A DNA stretch of 64,000 bases from an uncultured Gammaproteobacteria bacterium (GTDB taxonomy: Bacteria; Pseudomonadota; Gammaproteobacteria; UBA9214). Position numbers and translations under genes: made by a program. The stretch lies in the NCBI GenBank assembly GCA_963748215.1, contig CAVVHS010000002.1, positions 32,001-96,000 of the forward strand, given 5' to 3'. This document shows positions 10,078 through 19,641 of this stretch, piece by piece. Position 1 is the stretch's first letter; every line of letters begins with the position of its first letter. The notes below the pieces were generated by a model that saw only the letters and a program-made list of their open reading frames with translations, searched no databases and was not told the DNA's origin.

Positions 10078-11340
10078 TCAGGTAGCCGCACTCACACCAG
10101 CGACCCGGGCCATCACCTGCCGGTATTCATCACCCAGGCGCAGCAGCGTCACCAGCCACGCCAGGCATACGGCAAGCACCAGCCAGCTCAACTCGCCGGC
10201 GCTGATGCTCCACGGCAGCCACTGTGTCAGCAACAGGATCAGCACCGAGCCCAGCACCTTGAACAGCCGGTAGCCAAACATGTCGATCCAGGCCTTGGCC
10301 TGGAAAATCAACAGCGGATCGATCGGCACATACAACAGTTCCTTGGAGGCACGGTTGATGGAATACGACAGGCCGCGATCGGAGATCTTGAGGAAGGCAC
10401 CGGCCTGCAGAGTGGCATGCGACATGTACCAGAAACTGCCCGCCAGCACGGCCAGCGGCTGGGCGAACATGCCACCGAGCGCACCCAGCCAGCGGTGCAC
10501 CAGCGGCGTGATCAGCAGGTTGATGCCGATGGCGACGCCGCTCAGCAGGCTGAAGAAACCGCCCAGGTAGGCGGTGCGCGCCTCGCGATCGCTGATGGTC
10601 GCTTCCACCACCTTCATGAACTGGAATTCCACCAGCGGTTCGACCATCTGTGCCAACAGCAGTATCAACGCAATCAGGAACAGGTAGCGATGCCTGAGGA
10701 TGTCGCGCCAGTGACCGCTGTTTGCGTCGTTGTGATTGCGTACGCCGGCATGCTCGGTATACAGACCGAGCCGTCCCATCAGGAGAGTCAGCAGCACGAG
10801 CACACCGATGATGCCGGCGGCGACCAGCAGCAGGTCGGTGGTGTCGAGTTGAAATTGCGTGATGAGCACACTCGACAGGCTGCCGCCGGCCACACCGCCC
10901 AGCAGCCCGCCGGTCGCGATCAGCCCGTACCAACGCTTGCCGGCCTGCGTGTCGTAGATGGTATTGGTGAGACTCCAGAACTGCTCAACCAGGATCACAC
11001 TCAGCATGTCGACAAACATGTAAAACATGAACGCCTCAACGAATCCGCCGTTGTTGAGCTGCGGATAGAACGCCAGCAGGCAGACGATGATGATGGCACA
11101 GGTCCCGAGCACAACATTGATGCGTGAATGACGCGCGACGAGTCGGTTATAGAGGCTGATGATCAGGGCCAGCGCGACGGCGGTCGCTATCCACACATAC
11201 GGCAGGTTCGCACTGCCCAGCGAACTGATGAACAGGGAACGGCTCGCCGGCTTGAGGTGATACAGCGCCGTGATAATAAGAAAGAAATTTGTGAACAGGA
11301 GCACACAACGGCCGATATGTTCAGTGCGAAGATATGACAT
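10078..11340 (-). CDS. TLC/Npt family nucleotide (ATP/ADP) transporter-like protein
   Basis: About 12 TM segments; FWSLTN..DTQAGKRWYG and YSINRASKELLYVP...AKAWIDMFGYR match NTT/TLC motifs. Confidence 0.82.
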   Translation of the reverse strand: MSYLRTEHIGRCVLLFTNFFLIITALYHLKPASRSLFISSLGSANLPYVWIATAVALALIISLYNRLVARHSRINVVLGTCAIIIVCLLAFYPQLNNGGFVEAFMFYMFVDMLSVILVEQFWSLTNTIYDTQAGKRWYGLIATGGLLGGVAGGSLSSVLITQFQLDTTDLLLVAAGIIGVLVLLTLLMGRLGLYTEHAGVRNHNDANSGHWRDILRHRYLFLIALILLLAQMVEPLVEFQFMKVVEATISDREARTAYLGGFFSLLSGVAIGINLLITPLVHRWLGALGGMFAQPLAVLAGSFWYMSHATLQAGAFLKISDRGLSYSINRASKELLYVPIDPLLIFQAKAWIDMFGYRLFKVLGSVLILLLTQWLPWSISAGELSWLVLAVCLAWLVTLLRLGDEYRQVMARVAGVSAAT

Positions 11341-11447
11341 GAGTTGTAATTGAGCAGCGTGAGAAATGAATGAGCAGTAATAAAGCTTTGACTTATATAC
11401 GTTAATCGGTTAGCATCGTTGGAATTTTTTGGGTTCAGGAGGTCGTA

Positions 11448-12365
11448 ATGCTATCGGGACTGTTAAAGGCAATTGGACTCTCTCTGGGAATAATCGTTAC
11501 CCTTCAGACAGCTTCCGCGCAAAGCTCCTTCCCCGTCCTGCGTGAAGCCAAGAATCCGTCTCTACAGGCACAGCTCGAAAACCGTCTAAAACGCCTGAAA
11601 CTTGACGGCGCTGTGCGCAGCGGCGACCTTGCCGTGGCTCTGGTCGATGTCACCGATCCCCAGCATCCACAGCTTGCCCAGGTCAACGGCGACGATATGG
11701 TGTATGCCGCGAGCCTGCCGAAGATCGCCATCCTGCTGGCGGCCTTCGAGCGTGTGCATGAAGGCAAACTGCCGCTCGATGACGAAACGCGCCAGTTGAT
11801 GACGGACATGATCCGCCATTCTTCCAACAGCGCGGCAACGACCCTCATCCAGAAGGTCGGACGCAAGTATATCAACAATGTTTTACGCTCGCCGAAATAT
11901 CGCCTGTACGACCCGGCCCACAACGGCGGCCTGTGGGTAGGCAAGGAGTATGCACAGGGCGTGGCCTATCAGCGTGACCCGCTGCATAACCTGTCGCACG
12001 GTGCCACAGCCATCCAGGTGGCGCGCTTCTATTACCTGCTTGAAACCGGTCAACTGGTAACGCCGGAGCTCTCCAGGGAGATGAAGGCGATTCTGGGGAA
12101 TCCGGGTATCCACCATAAATTCGTGAAAGGACTGGAAGCCAACTTCCCCGATGCACAGATCTACCGCAAGTCCGGCAGCTGGCGCAACTGGCACGCCGAC
12201 AGCGCCATTGTCGAGCACGCGGGCCGCACCTATATCGCCGTTGCGCTGGCGCAAAGCCCGCAGGGCGGCGAATGGCTGAAGAACCTGATCTGCGAACTGG
12301 ATGGCATCATTTTGCAGCAGCCGGTGCGGACCGCCAGTCTGTCAAGAGCCGGTGCAGCCGAGTAG
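11448..12365 (+). CDS. Exported serine hydrolase, class A beta-lactamase/PBP fold
   Basis: Signal peptide; SxxK (ASLPK), SxN (SSN), KSG. Confidence 0.88.
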   Translation: MLSGLLKAIGLSLGIIVTLQTASAQSSFPVLREAKNPSLQAQLENRLKRLKLDGAVRSGDLAVALVDVTDPQHPQLAQVNGDDMVYAASLPKIAILLAAFERVHEGKLPLDDETRQLMTDMIRHSSNSAATTLIQKVGRKYINNVLRSPKYRLYDPAHNGGLWVGKEYAQGVAYQRDPLHNLSHGATAIQVARFYYLLETGQLVTPELSREMKAILGNPGIHHKFVKGLEANFPDAQIYRKSGSWRNWHADSAIVEHAGRTYIAVALAQSPQGGEWLKNLICELDGIILQQPVRTASLSRAGAAE

Positions 12366-13617
12366 CGAACGTCTGGTGCTCGACCGCCGAGTTTTTCTTC
12401 AGCACATTCGAAGTCAGCGAAACCATGTAGAACATCCGCGGCTCGCCCGCGGGTGATTCCACAATCGCAACCGAGTTCATCAGGTTATCCCGGTTCCCCA
12501 TATATTTCTTGCACACATAGCCTTCCTCCGCCTGGCAGCGGTACAGCGATCCCGACTTGAAATACAGCGCCGCGTCGTTCAGTGCCGGCGACGAGGCATA
12601 GCGTATGCGACGCTGGGTGATATACATCAGGCGCTTGATCTGCAGGCTCGACCAGGCATCGACCAGCCGACCCTGTTCCAGCAGCAGCAGGTAATGCATC
12701 AGCTCGCGCGTGGTGGCAATGCTGTTGGTGCCCGGCACACGGCGCTTGCCTTCTGACGTGAAGAAACTGCCCTGACGCAGGCTCTCAATGTCCAGCCCGT
12801 TGCGTGTCAACGGCGTCAGCAAACTATCGACCAGCAACTCACCGAGCGCCTTGCGCCCGGTGTCACGAAAGAACGCCGCTTCCTGCTCGGCAGACACCGG
12901 GTAGGCGGCGCCAAAGTGGCGCAACAGCAGCAACTGCTTGATCACCATGCTCGCGGCCGCATTGGAACTGGCCGACAGCATCCAGTCCAGGTAGGTCCAC
13001 AGATTTCCGGTATCGCCCGTGCGCAATTCACGGCGCGGCATGCGATTCAGCTCCGGTTTCCAGAACGGCACCTCGTGGTGATCGGTGCGGATGAAGGCAT
13101 CGGCAGTGACCTGCGTGTCCCTGAGCACGCGTATTCGCGCCTCGATGTCATCGGGATATATGTCAGCCAGTGCCTGGAACACCGCCAGTGCCACCATCAG
13201 CTTGCCGACACTGCCGGGATTGCGACGCGTGAGCCCGTTGTGTTCCGCAAAAACGGGATGGTCCGGATCGCTGAGATCCAGCACGCTGACACTGTAGTGC
13301 TTCGCCTCGGCACCGAGCAATGCGACGATCCTGCGTGTCAGGTCGGGATCGGCTTCAGGCAGTCGTAAATCCGCTTGCTGCTGCAGGCGCAGCTGGATCT
13401 GACCGGTATTCAGCAACGCCCCTGGCCGCAAGCGGTTTCCCGCCACCTTGCCTTCACTGGCGAGGCGGTAACCTTCCAGCCGGGCGATCCCCGTCTCGGC
13501 GTAACCGTCGACGGGGTAGGCCCAGGCCTGACCCGTGACGCCAGCCAGCACGGCAGCTGCCATCAGCCAGCGATTGAAACAGTCCCTTGAAATTATAGTC
13601 ATCTGAATTTTACACAT
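12307..13617 (-). CDS. Exported serine hydrolase, beta-lactamase/PBP fold with insertions
   Basis: Signal peptide (AAAVLAGVTGQAWA); SxxK (GSVGK), SxN (SSN), KSG; start may be a downstream Met. Confidence 0.82.
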   Translation of the reverse strand: MCKIQMTIISRDCFNRWLMAAAVLAGVTGQAWAYPVDGYAETGIARLEGYRLASEGKVAGNRLRPGALLNTGQIQLRLQQQADLRLPEADPDLTRRIVALLGAEAKHYSVSVLDLSDPDHPVFAEHNGLTRRNPGSVGKLMVALAVFQALADIYPDDIEARIRVLRDTQVTADAFIRTDHHEVPFWKPELNRMPRRELRTGDTGNLWTYLDWMLSASSNAAASMVIKQLLLLRHFGAAYPVSAEQEAAFFRDTGRKALGELLVDSLLTPLTRNGLDIESLRQGSFFTSEGKRRVPGTNSIATTRELMHYLLLLEQGRLVDAWSSLQIKRLMYITQRRIRYASSPALNDAALYFKSGSLYRCQAEEGYVCKKYMGNRDNLMNSVAIVESPAGEPRMFYMVSLTSNVLKKNSAVEHQTFATRLHRLLTDWRSAPAAAK

Positions 13618-13781
13618 CGTTCCTTATCACCTGACATTCTCCCGTGTCGTCATAGCGTGGTACGAAGTGAGCAGGAAATCCACCATCGGCGTGCCCTTGC
13701 ACAGAGAGCAGTCTCGCACCAGGAATTGCCTGGCTGTATTTGCAATGACGAGGTTCATGAACGTCCGGAGCCAACCTGATA

Positions 13782-16763
13782 CTAGTCCGCAACGGGGGGC
13801 AGTGGCGACTGACGCAGGTCAACCACGGCATCCGGTCCACTGTCGCCGCTGCGATCGATGTCAATCAGGTACTGGCTGCGCCGCGCACGCTGGCTTTCAA
13901 CGAAGGGGCGGATCTGGAACAGGGCGAGTTTGCCATCGCGAAATCCGAACTCGATATCCGCCGGCGCCGGCAACGCGCCCTTGCCCTGAGCAACCGGCAT
14001 CGGGAAGCGCCGCTCCACGTCATCCGACAGCCTCCGCAGCTGCTCGATCTCGTCCGGCTCCAGCACCTGCGCCCGACCGCTGGCCGGCACCTTGCGCATG
14101 CCACCGGCAGCTTCGGGTTCGGCACGCAACGGTGCCGTGGCCTGCGCCAGCAATCGTACCTCGCCGGCGGTGCGTCGCACCCGCAGTTCCTCGGCCGCCT
14201 GCCCTTCAACCGCACCGCCAACGCCTTCGCTGACCGCAATCGACAACCACTGGCGATCGCCGTTTTCCACGTCCGCCGTCACCAGCACGCCGGATTTATC
14301 CGAGGCAAAAGTCTTGAGGAGCAGCACCGCCGGGTAAACATGCTCCGGCTGCTCCATGTGCGCCTGGCGCCAGGCGTAGGCACGCTCCGTGAACGGCGAG
14401 GCCCATACCTTTTGAATGGCCTGCACGACGGCATCGAAGCCGACCACGTTGGGAACGGTGAGATTCAGGCCGGCACCGGTGAAACCGGGCAGGTCCTCGA
14501 CATTGGTGTCGCTGCGCACGAAGACACCGACCGTCTCGGCATCACCGAAGGCCTGCTGCATGGCAGCGCGCAGCTGTTCGCGGAACGCCGTTCCCGGCTC
14601 GGCACTGCTGATCCACTGGCGCAACCGTTCCAGAAACTGGCGCGTCTCGGCCTGGCGCTGCGCACCGTCCGGCAACGCGCGTAACCGCGTGTATTGCGCA
14701 CGCAGCCAGTCAAAGGCGGAGGATCCACCCGCCTCGATCGGCTGGTCCAGCAGGGCACGGAACACACCGAACGGTATGACCACGCCGGGATTCACCGCGT
14801 CCGGATAATGATGCAGCAACTCACCGAGATTGGCGGCCTTGGGACCGACGATGCGTCCGGAATCCGTGGCACGGATGGCGTCCAGCAGCAGCGGGGCGGT
14901 ATACGCAAGATCGAGCTTCTGCAGGTCCGGCCGGATCACCACATCGGCATCAAGCGCCTCGCGGCCGAAAATCCGGTCCCAGTGCGGGCCGTCGGTGGAG
15001 ATCTGTACCGTGCCGCGCGGGCTGACCGCAAGCACGATGCGCTCGCCGATGTGCGGCTGGAATTGCTCGACCAGCCGGTCGTCCACCACGACATTCGGGA
15101 TACCGAGATTGCGCGCCAGCAATTGCACGTGCGACAGCGAGCTGCCCTCGCCGCGGGTAAGAATGCCGGCAATCGGCGGCAACTCCGGCGTAGTCGATGG
15201 CAACAGATAGATACCATCCTTGCGAAAGTCCTCACCTTCCCGCGGCGCGGCAAGCAGTACGCCGCGCCGCAGGCCTGGATTGAGTGCGCGCAGTCCGCCG
15301 GCAAGCTTGCGCTCGAACAGGTATTGCCGGGTGCCGACCAGCTGGGCAGCGTCCTGCATCAGGACGTCCAGCACGCGTGTATAGGCAAGCAGCGGACTGC
15401 CACGCAGCCGATCCGGGACGTAGTGCGCCGCCGACGGCGTCAGGTCGAGCCACTGCTCGACCGTTGGTTCGAAATGGAATTCCAGCGCACGCTGCGCCCA
15501 TTGCGGCACGCGTGCCAGGTAGCTCAGCGTACTGTAGTAGTCCTCGGTGCCGGGCATGTCGCTGGCCTCGATGGCACCAAGCCGCTCGTCCAGGAAGCCC
15601 CACTGCCGGTCTGACAGGAACCCGCTGGCCTGCAGCGATACCGCCAGGCTGCGCAGCCACTGCAGGCGCGTGAGACGATCGACAGCGGGCATCTGCTCCA
15701 GCAACTGGTTGGCAGCGGCATAGACTTCCTGCTCCAGGGCAAGATTTGCCTGCAGCAGCCGTAGCTGGTTGGGTGGACTGAAACGATTGGTCTGCGGCAT
15801 CAGCCTGCGCAGCTGTAATGCAGCTTCCGCGGCGCTGCGCAGACGCACCTGCAGGTCCGGTGCGTCACGCAGGCTGGCGATGATTTCATTCAGGATTGGC
15901 GCGATCGGCTTGCTGCCACGTTCGGAGATCAGCGCTTCCAGCTGCAGGACGGCCGTGCGCGGCGCATACAGCGTATCGAGTTCGGCCGCGAGGCGCCGGT
16001 ACTGCCCCGCCAGTTTCGACAGGCCTTGCCTGGCGGCATAATCACGCACCCGCTGCGGATCGCTGGCATCCGGAAGGCCGTGCAGCTTCACGCGTAACGT
16101 CTGGAAATCCGGATCGGCATCGGCGATCTCGATCGCGAGCTGGCGCACGGTGACGGCAGTGGGCGGTTCCGTGCCGACAGGCAGCAGGCGCGCGGCCTCG
16201 CGCAGCAGCAGGTAGCGCGCCGGATCCAGCCAGTCCGGATCCTGCACCATGGCCAGCAGCAACAGGCGGGCCGCGGCGCGCTCGTCCTCGACCTGCAGGG
16301 CACCGCGATAGAAACGGGCCTGGCGGAACACCCAGCCGTCATCGTTCAGGATCAGAAACTGCTCCAGCAGCACCTGGCGCAGCACGTCAAGCTGCGGATA
16401 GGCACCGACGAACTTCAAGGCATTCAGGTCCGTCAGCAGGGTGGCGATCAGATAGCCCTGGTCGCGAATGGCAAGGGTATGCGCATTCCACTCGCCATGC
16501 TGCACACCCCCGCCGTGCTCGACGCAGGCGCCCTCTTTCGGTGGCAAGATACTGCCGTCGAAGCAGAACCAGCGGATGCGCTCGAACGGACCGCGCGAGG
16601 CCGCCTTCATCTGACTGATCCAGCTCCGCATCTGCTGCAGGTCGGGCACGGGCGGAGTGGCGTCGGCCGCGACCGGGAGCGAGGCAAACACACATACTGC
16701 CAGCACCAGTGCCGGCAGCAGACGACGGGGAGACAGATGAGATTGTATGTACAGGATTGGCAT
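13782..16763 (-). CDS. Exported PEP-utilising-family dikinase (phospho-His domain + C-terminal PPDK ATP-grasp), glucan-water-dikinase-like architecture
   Basis: Signal peptide RRLLPALVLAVCVFASLPVAA; SSLSHVQLLARNLGIP; VGPKAANLG, VRSDTNVEDLPGFTGAG, DIEF..FQIRP. Confidence 0.85.
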   Translation of the reverse strand: MPILYIQSHLSPRRLLPALVLAVCVFASLPVAADATPPVPDLQQMRSWISQMKAASRGPFERIRWFCFDGSILPPKEGACVEHGGGVQHGEWNAHTLAIRDQGYLIATLLTDLNALKFVGAYPQLDVLRQVLLEQFLILNDDGWVFRQARFYRGALQVEDERAAARLLLLAMVQDPDWLDPARYLLLREAARLLPVGTEPPTAVTVRQLAIEIADADPDFQTLRVKLHGLPDASDPQRVRDYAARQGLSKLAGQYRRLAAELDTLYAPRTAVLQLEALISERGSKPIAPILNEIIASLRDAPDLQVRLRSAAEAALQLRRLMPQTNRFSPPNQLRLLQANLALEQEVYAAANQLLEQMPAVDRLTRLQWLRSLAVSLQASGFLSDRQWGFLDERLGAIEASDMPGTEDYYSTLSYLARVPQWAQRALEFHFEPTVEQWLDLTPSAAHYVPDRLRGSPLLAYTRVLDVLMQDAAQLVGTRQYLFERKLAGGLRALNPGLRRGVLLAAPREGEDFRKDGIYLLPSTTPELPPIAGILTRGEGSSLSHVQLLARNLGIPNVVVDDRLVEQFQPHIGERIVLAVSPRGTVQISTDGPHWDRIFGREALDADVVIRPDLQKLDLAYTAPLLLDAIRATDSGRIVGPKAANLGELLHHYPDAVNPGVVIPFGVFRALLDQPIEAGGSSAFDWLRAQYTRLRALPDGAQRQAETRQFLERLRQWISSAEPGTAFREQLRAAMQQAFGDAETVGVFVRSDTNVEDLPGFTGAGLNLTVPNVVGFDAVVQAIQKVWASPFTERAYAWRQAHMEQPEHVYPAVLLLKTFASDKSGVLVTADVENGDRQWLSIAVSEGVGGAVEGQAAEELRVRRTAGEVRLLAQATAPLRAEPEAAGGMRKVPASGRAQVLEPDEIEQLRRLSDDVERRFPMPVAQGKGALPAPADIEFGFRDGKLALFQIRPFVESQRARRSQYLIDIDRSGDSGPDAVVDLRQSPLPPVAD

Positions 16764-17109
16764 ATTCAGGGGACCGGCCGTTCCGGACAGTACCGGGCAG
16801 GTTCGCGGTCAGACGAAGATAAAACCGGCGTCAGGCGTAATATCGAAACAATGCTGTCGGGTGACTCATAATAAACAACACTTTAGCGGGTCGTGCCGTG
16901 CAGTTGCAACCTCCATACCCGGCGACGGACAGCCAGAGTTACCGAAAGCGACGATCCGACCCGTCACACAAGCGGCAATTCACGGATTTACATGGATAAT
17001 TAAAGCGTAACGCGCGCGGAACGAAAACCCCCTTGGCCCGGGAAGCACCCTGCATGAGATGCGGGTGTGACACAAACCATCTCAACCCGGCCTTGCCTTC
17101 CCGAATGGG

Positions 17110-17898
17110 TCATTTAACCTCTTCGAAGTAGTCATACTCATAATTCACATCGAAACTGCCATCCCCGTCCGAATCATATTCAGCGGAAACCAGTTTTCCC
17201 ATATGAAATCTCTGGCGTTTTTTACGCCGGTCCCGGCCTTCGCCGAGGATTATGACCTCTTCGAGATTGCCGTACCTGAACGTGGCCCTGAGATCCGTAT
17301 CCCCGTCCTGGTTCAGATCCGACGTCTGGAAACCCGCCTGGCCGTCCACATAGGTATAGCGTGTTTCATAGACTCCGTCGAAATCGTCATCGTGCTCGGC
17401 AGTTTTCACCAGGCCGTGGCGATCGTAGTGATAGACAAGATCGGTTTTAGCGTCGTAATTCCTGTCGACTTCCAGCCGGCTCATCCGCTTGTCCCGGTAA
17501 ATCCACTTCTCATCCGGCACCCCGTCGCCGTTTACATCGATACCTTCCTCGGTAACCGGGGTGTTATACGCCCAGAACATTACACCGCCGCCAACCACAA
17601 GGCCGGCGATGAATCCGGCAATACCGCTGGCCGGCTTGCGGGCTGCCGTTGCTGATTCCTGTTCGACCTGGATCGACTCCCAGTCACTGATTATCTGCCG
17701 CGCCCGCGGATAATCCGGCTCGTCGACCATGACCCGTACCAGGTTGATCGCCTGCAGCTCGCCCACACCGCCCGGCAGGTACTCGCCGTCCACCCTGCCG
17801 GTGATGCCTTCCTGCTCCAGCAAATTCAGGATCATGTGCGCGTCCAGCGCGGTCGCGGCCTCGTAAACGCTTTTCACTTGCTGCCCGGCCCGACGCAT
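17110..17898 (-). CDS. DUF2007-like N-terminal domain + TM + acidic DxNxDG repeats
   Basis: VYEAATALDAHMILNLLEQEGI N-terminus; one TM; repeats DVNGDG, DRNYDA, DDDFDG, DLNQDG, DSDGDG; true start may be the GTG near 17877. Confidence 0.7.
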   Translation of the reverse strand: MRRAGQQVKSVYEAATALDAHMILNLLEQEGITGRVDGEYLPGGVGELQAINLVRVMVDEPDYPRARQIISDWESIQVEQESATAARKPASGIAGFIAGLVVGGGVMFWAYNTPVTEEGIDVNGDGVPDEKWIYRDKRMSRLEVDRNYDAKTDLVYHYDRHGLVKTAEHDDDFDGVYETRYTYVDGQAGFQTSDLNQDGDTDLRATFRYGNLEEVIILGEGRDRRKKRQRFHMGKLVSAEYDSDGDGSFDVNYEYDYFEEVK

Positions 17899-17932
17899 TC
17901 ATCGACAGATGGCACGGCACGGCGTTGCTGTC

Positions 17933-19513
17933 TCATTCGCCCTTCCAGAACACGTGGTACAGATCATGCCGCCGGTCGCGCAGGTTCTTCACCGTGCCAT
18001 TGTTGCGGGCATCGAGCAGGGTTGCCGGACGCAGGTCGGCTATCGCTACCATTTCCGTGTTGGGTGTCGTGTCAGCGGCAATGCCGTCACGCGCGAACGG
18101 CAGGTCGCATGGGGTCAGGATGCAGCTCTGGGCATACTGGATGTCCATGTTCGCCACGTTCGGCAGGTTGCCGCAGTTGCCTGCCATGACCACGTACACC
18201 TGGTTTTCCACGGCGCGGGACTGGCAGCAGTAACGCACCCGCAGGTAGCTCTGGCGCTCGTCGGTGCAAAACGGCACGAACAGGATCTGCGCGCCCTGGT
18301 CGGTCAGGTGGCGCGCCAGTTCCGGAAACTCCGCATCGTAGCAGATCAGCACACCGATCGGCCCGCAATCGGTCTGGATCACATCCAGCTCGCTGCCGCC
18401 CTCGATGTTCCACCACCAGGCCTCGTTCGGCGTCGGATGGATTTTCGCCTGCGTGTGGATGCTGCCGTCGCGCAGGAACACGTAGCAGATGTTTTCCACC
18501 CGCCCGTTCGGCATATGCGTCGGGTGCGAGCCACCGATGATATTGATGTTGTAGCGCAGGGCGAGGTCGCGCATGGCCTCGGTGAACTGCGGGGTATACC
18601 GGGTCAGCGCGTCGATGGCCTGCACCGGTGTCAGTTGCTGCGATTCCATGGACAGCAGCTGCAAGCTGAAGAGCTCGGGAAAGACCACGAAGTCACCCTT
18701 GTAATCGGCGACCACGTCGACGAAGTAACGCACGATATCGATGAATTCCTCGAACGACTTCACGCGCCGCTGCTTGTACTGCACGGCGCCGATCCGCACG
18801 CAGTCAGGCAAGCGTCCACCATAGGACTTTTCCTGCGTCCCGGCCTCCTCCTGCCGGACCTTCGGATTGCGCCAGGCCATGTGGATGCCGTAGCCGAGCG
18901 ATTGCGTATCCACGTCCAGGTAGTGCGGAATGATGCCGATGACTTCAAAGCCGTTGCGCAACTGGAAGGACAGCACCGGGTCGCGCTGTGATTTGTCCTT
19001 TATCGCATCGATGTAGGCCTCCACTGTGCCGAAACGCTTGATGCGCCGCGCCAGAGTGGGCAGTCGCCCGGCGAACACGATGCCTTTCAGGCCCAGGTCC
19101 TGCGCCAGCCGCTTGCGCGCGTTATACAGGCGCTGCCCGATACGGTAGCCGCGGAAATCCGGGTCGACGCACACCTCCATGCCATACAGCCACTCGCCCG
19201 CAGGGTCGTGGGTGGAGGCATAGCCGTTACCGGTGATCGCACCCCAGGTGTGCGTCTTCATGCACACCTGCTCGCTGACCCGCAGGGTGGCGCAGTAGCC
19301 GACGATCCGCTCGCCGGCCGTCACCACGAACTGGCCGGCGGGAAAGTGGTTGAGCTGGCCGGTCAGCATCGGTTCCGAATGACCGTACATGCCGGTGTCG
19401 CGATAGACGCGCGAGGACAGCGCAGCGATCTGCGGGATGTCCTCCATCACAGCATTGCGCACCTGCAGCTGGAGTTTCTGGTTCGCGAGTGGACTGGCGG
19501 TTTTTTTACTCAT
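17933..19513 (-). CDS. Bifunctional GNAT acetyltransferase / carbon-nitrogen hydrolase
   Basis: VDPDFRGYRIG GNAT motif; nitrilase triad FPE, AKIH, ICYD. Confidence 0.93.
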   Translation of the reverse strand: MSKKTASPLANQKLQLQVRNAVMEDIPQIAALSSRVYRDTGMYGHSEPMLTGQLNHFPAGQFVVTAGERIVGYCATLRVSEQVCMKTHTWGAITGNGYASTHDPAGEWLYGMEVCVDPDFRGYRIGQRLYNARKRLAQDLGLKGIVFAGRLPTLARRIKRFGTVEAYIDAIKDKSQRDPVLSFQLRNGFEVIGIIPHYLDVDTQSLGYGIHMAWRNPKVRQEEAGTQEKSYGGRLPDCVRIGAVQYKQRRVKSFEEFIDIVRYFVDVVADYKGDFVVFPELFSLQLLSMESQQLTPVQAIDALTRYTPQFTEAMRDLALRYNINIIGGSHPTHMPNGRVENICYVFLRDGSIHTQAKIHPTPNEAWWWNIEGGSELDVIQTDCGPIGVLICYDAEFPELARHLTDQGAQILFVPFCTDERQSYLRVRYCCQSRAVENQVYVVMAGNCGNLPNVANMDIQYAQSCILTPCDLPFARDGIAADTTPNTEMVAIADLRPATLLDARNNGTVKNLRDRRHDLYHVFWKGE

Positions 19514-19641
19514 ATCCCGGGCACCGTGAATTCATGGTGTGACTAAAGTAGTGAACCGGGTTTCCGTTTACAAGCGCAGATTGTGCCGGAAACATCACCT
19601 GCACAAAGAGCCGCGCCCTGGCGGTCCATGCAGGGTCGACA

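Noticed and set aside
11448-13617. Calling these bona fide antibiotic-resistance beta-lactamases
   Set aside because: No evident class A deacylation motif; the fold alone does not imply resistance
13782-16763. Annotating as phosphoenolpyruvate synthase (ppsA)
   Set aside because: Reversed domain order, no pyruvate-binding barrel, and a signal peptide
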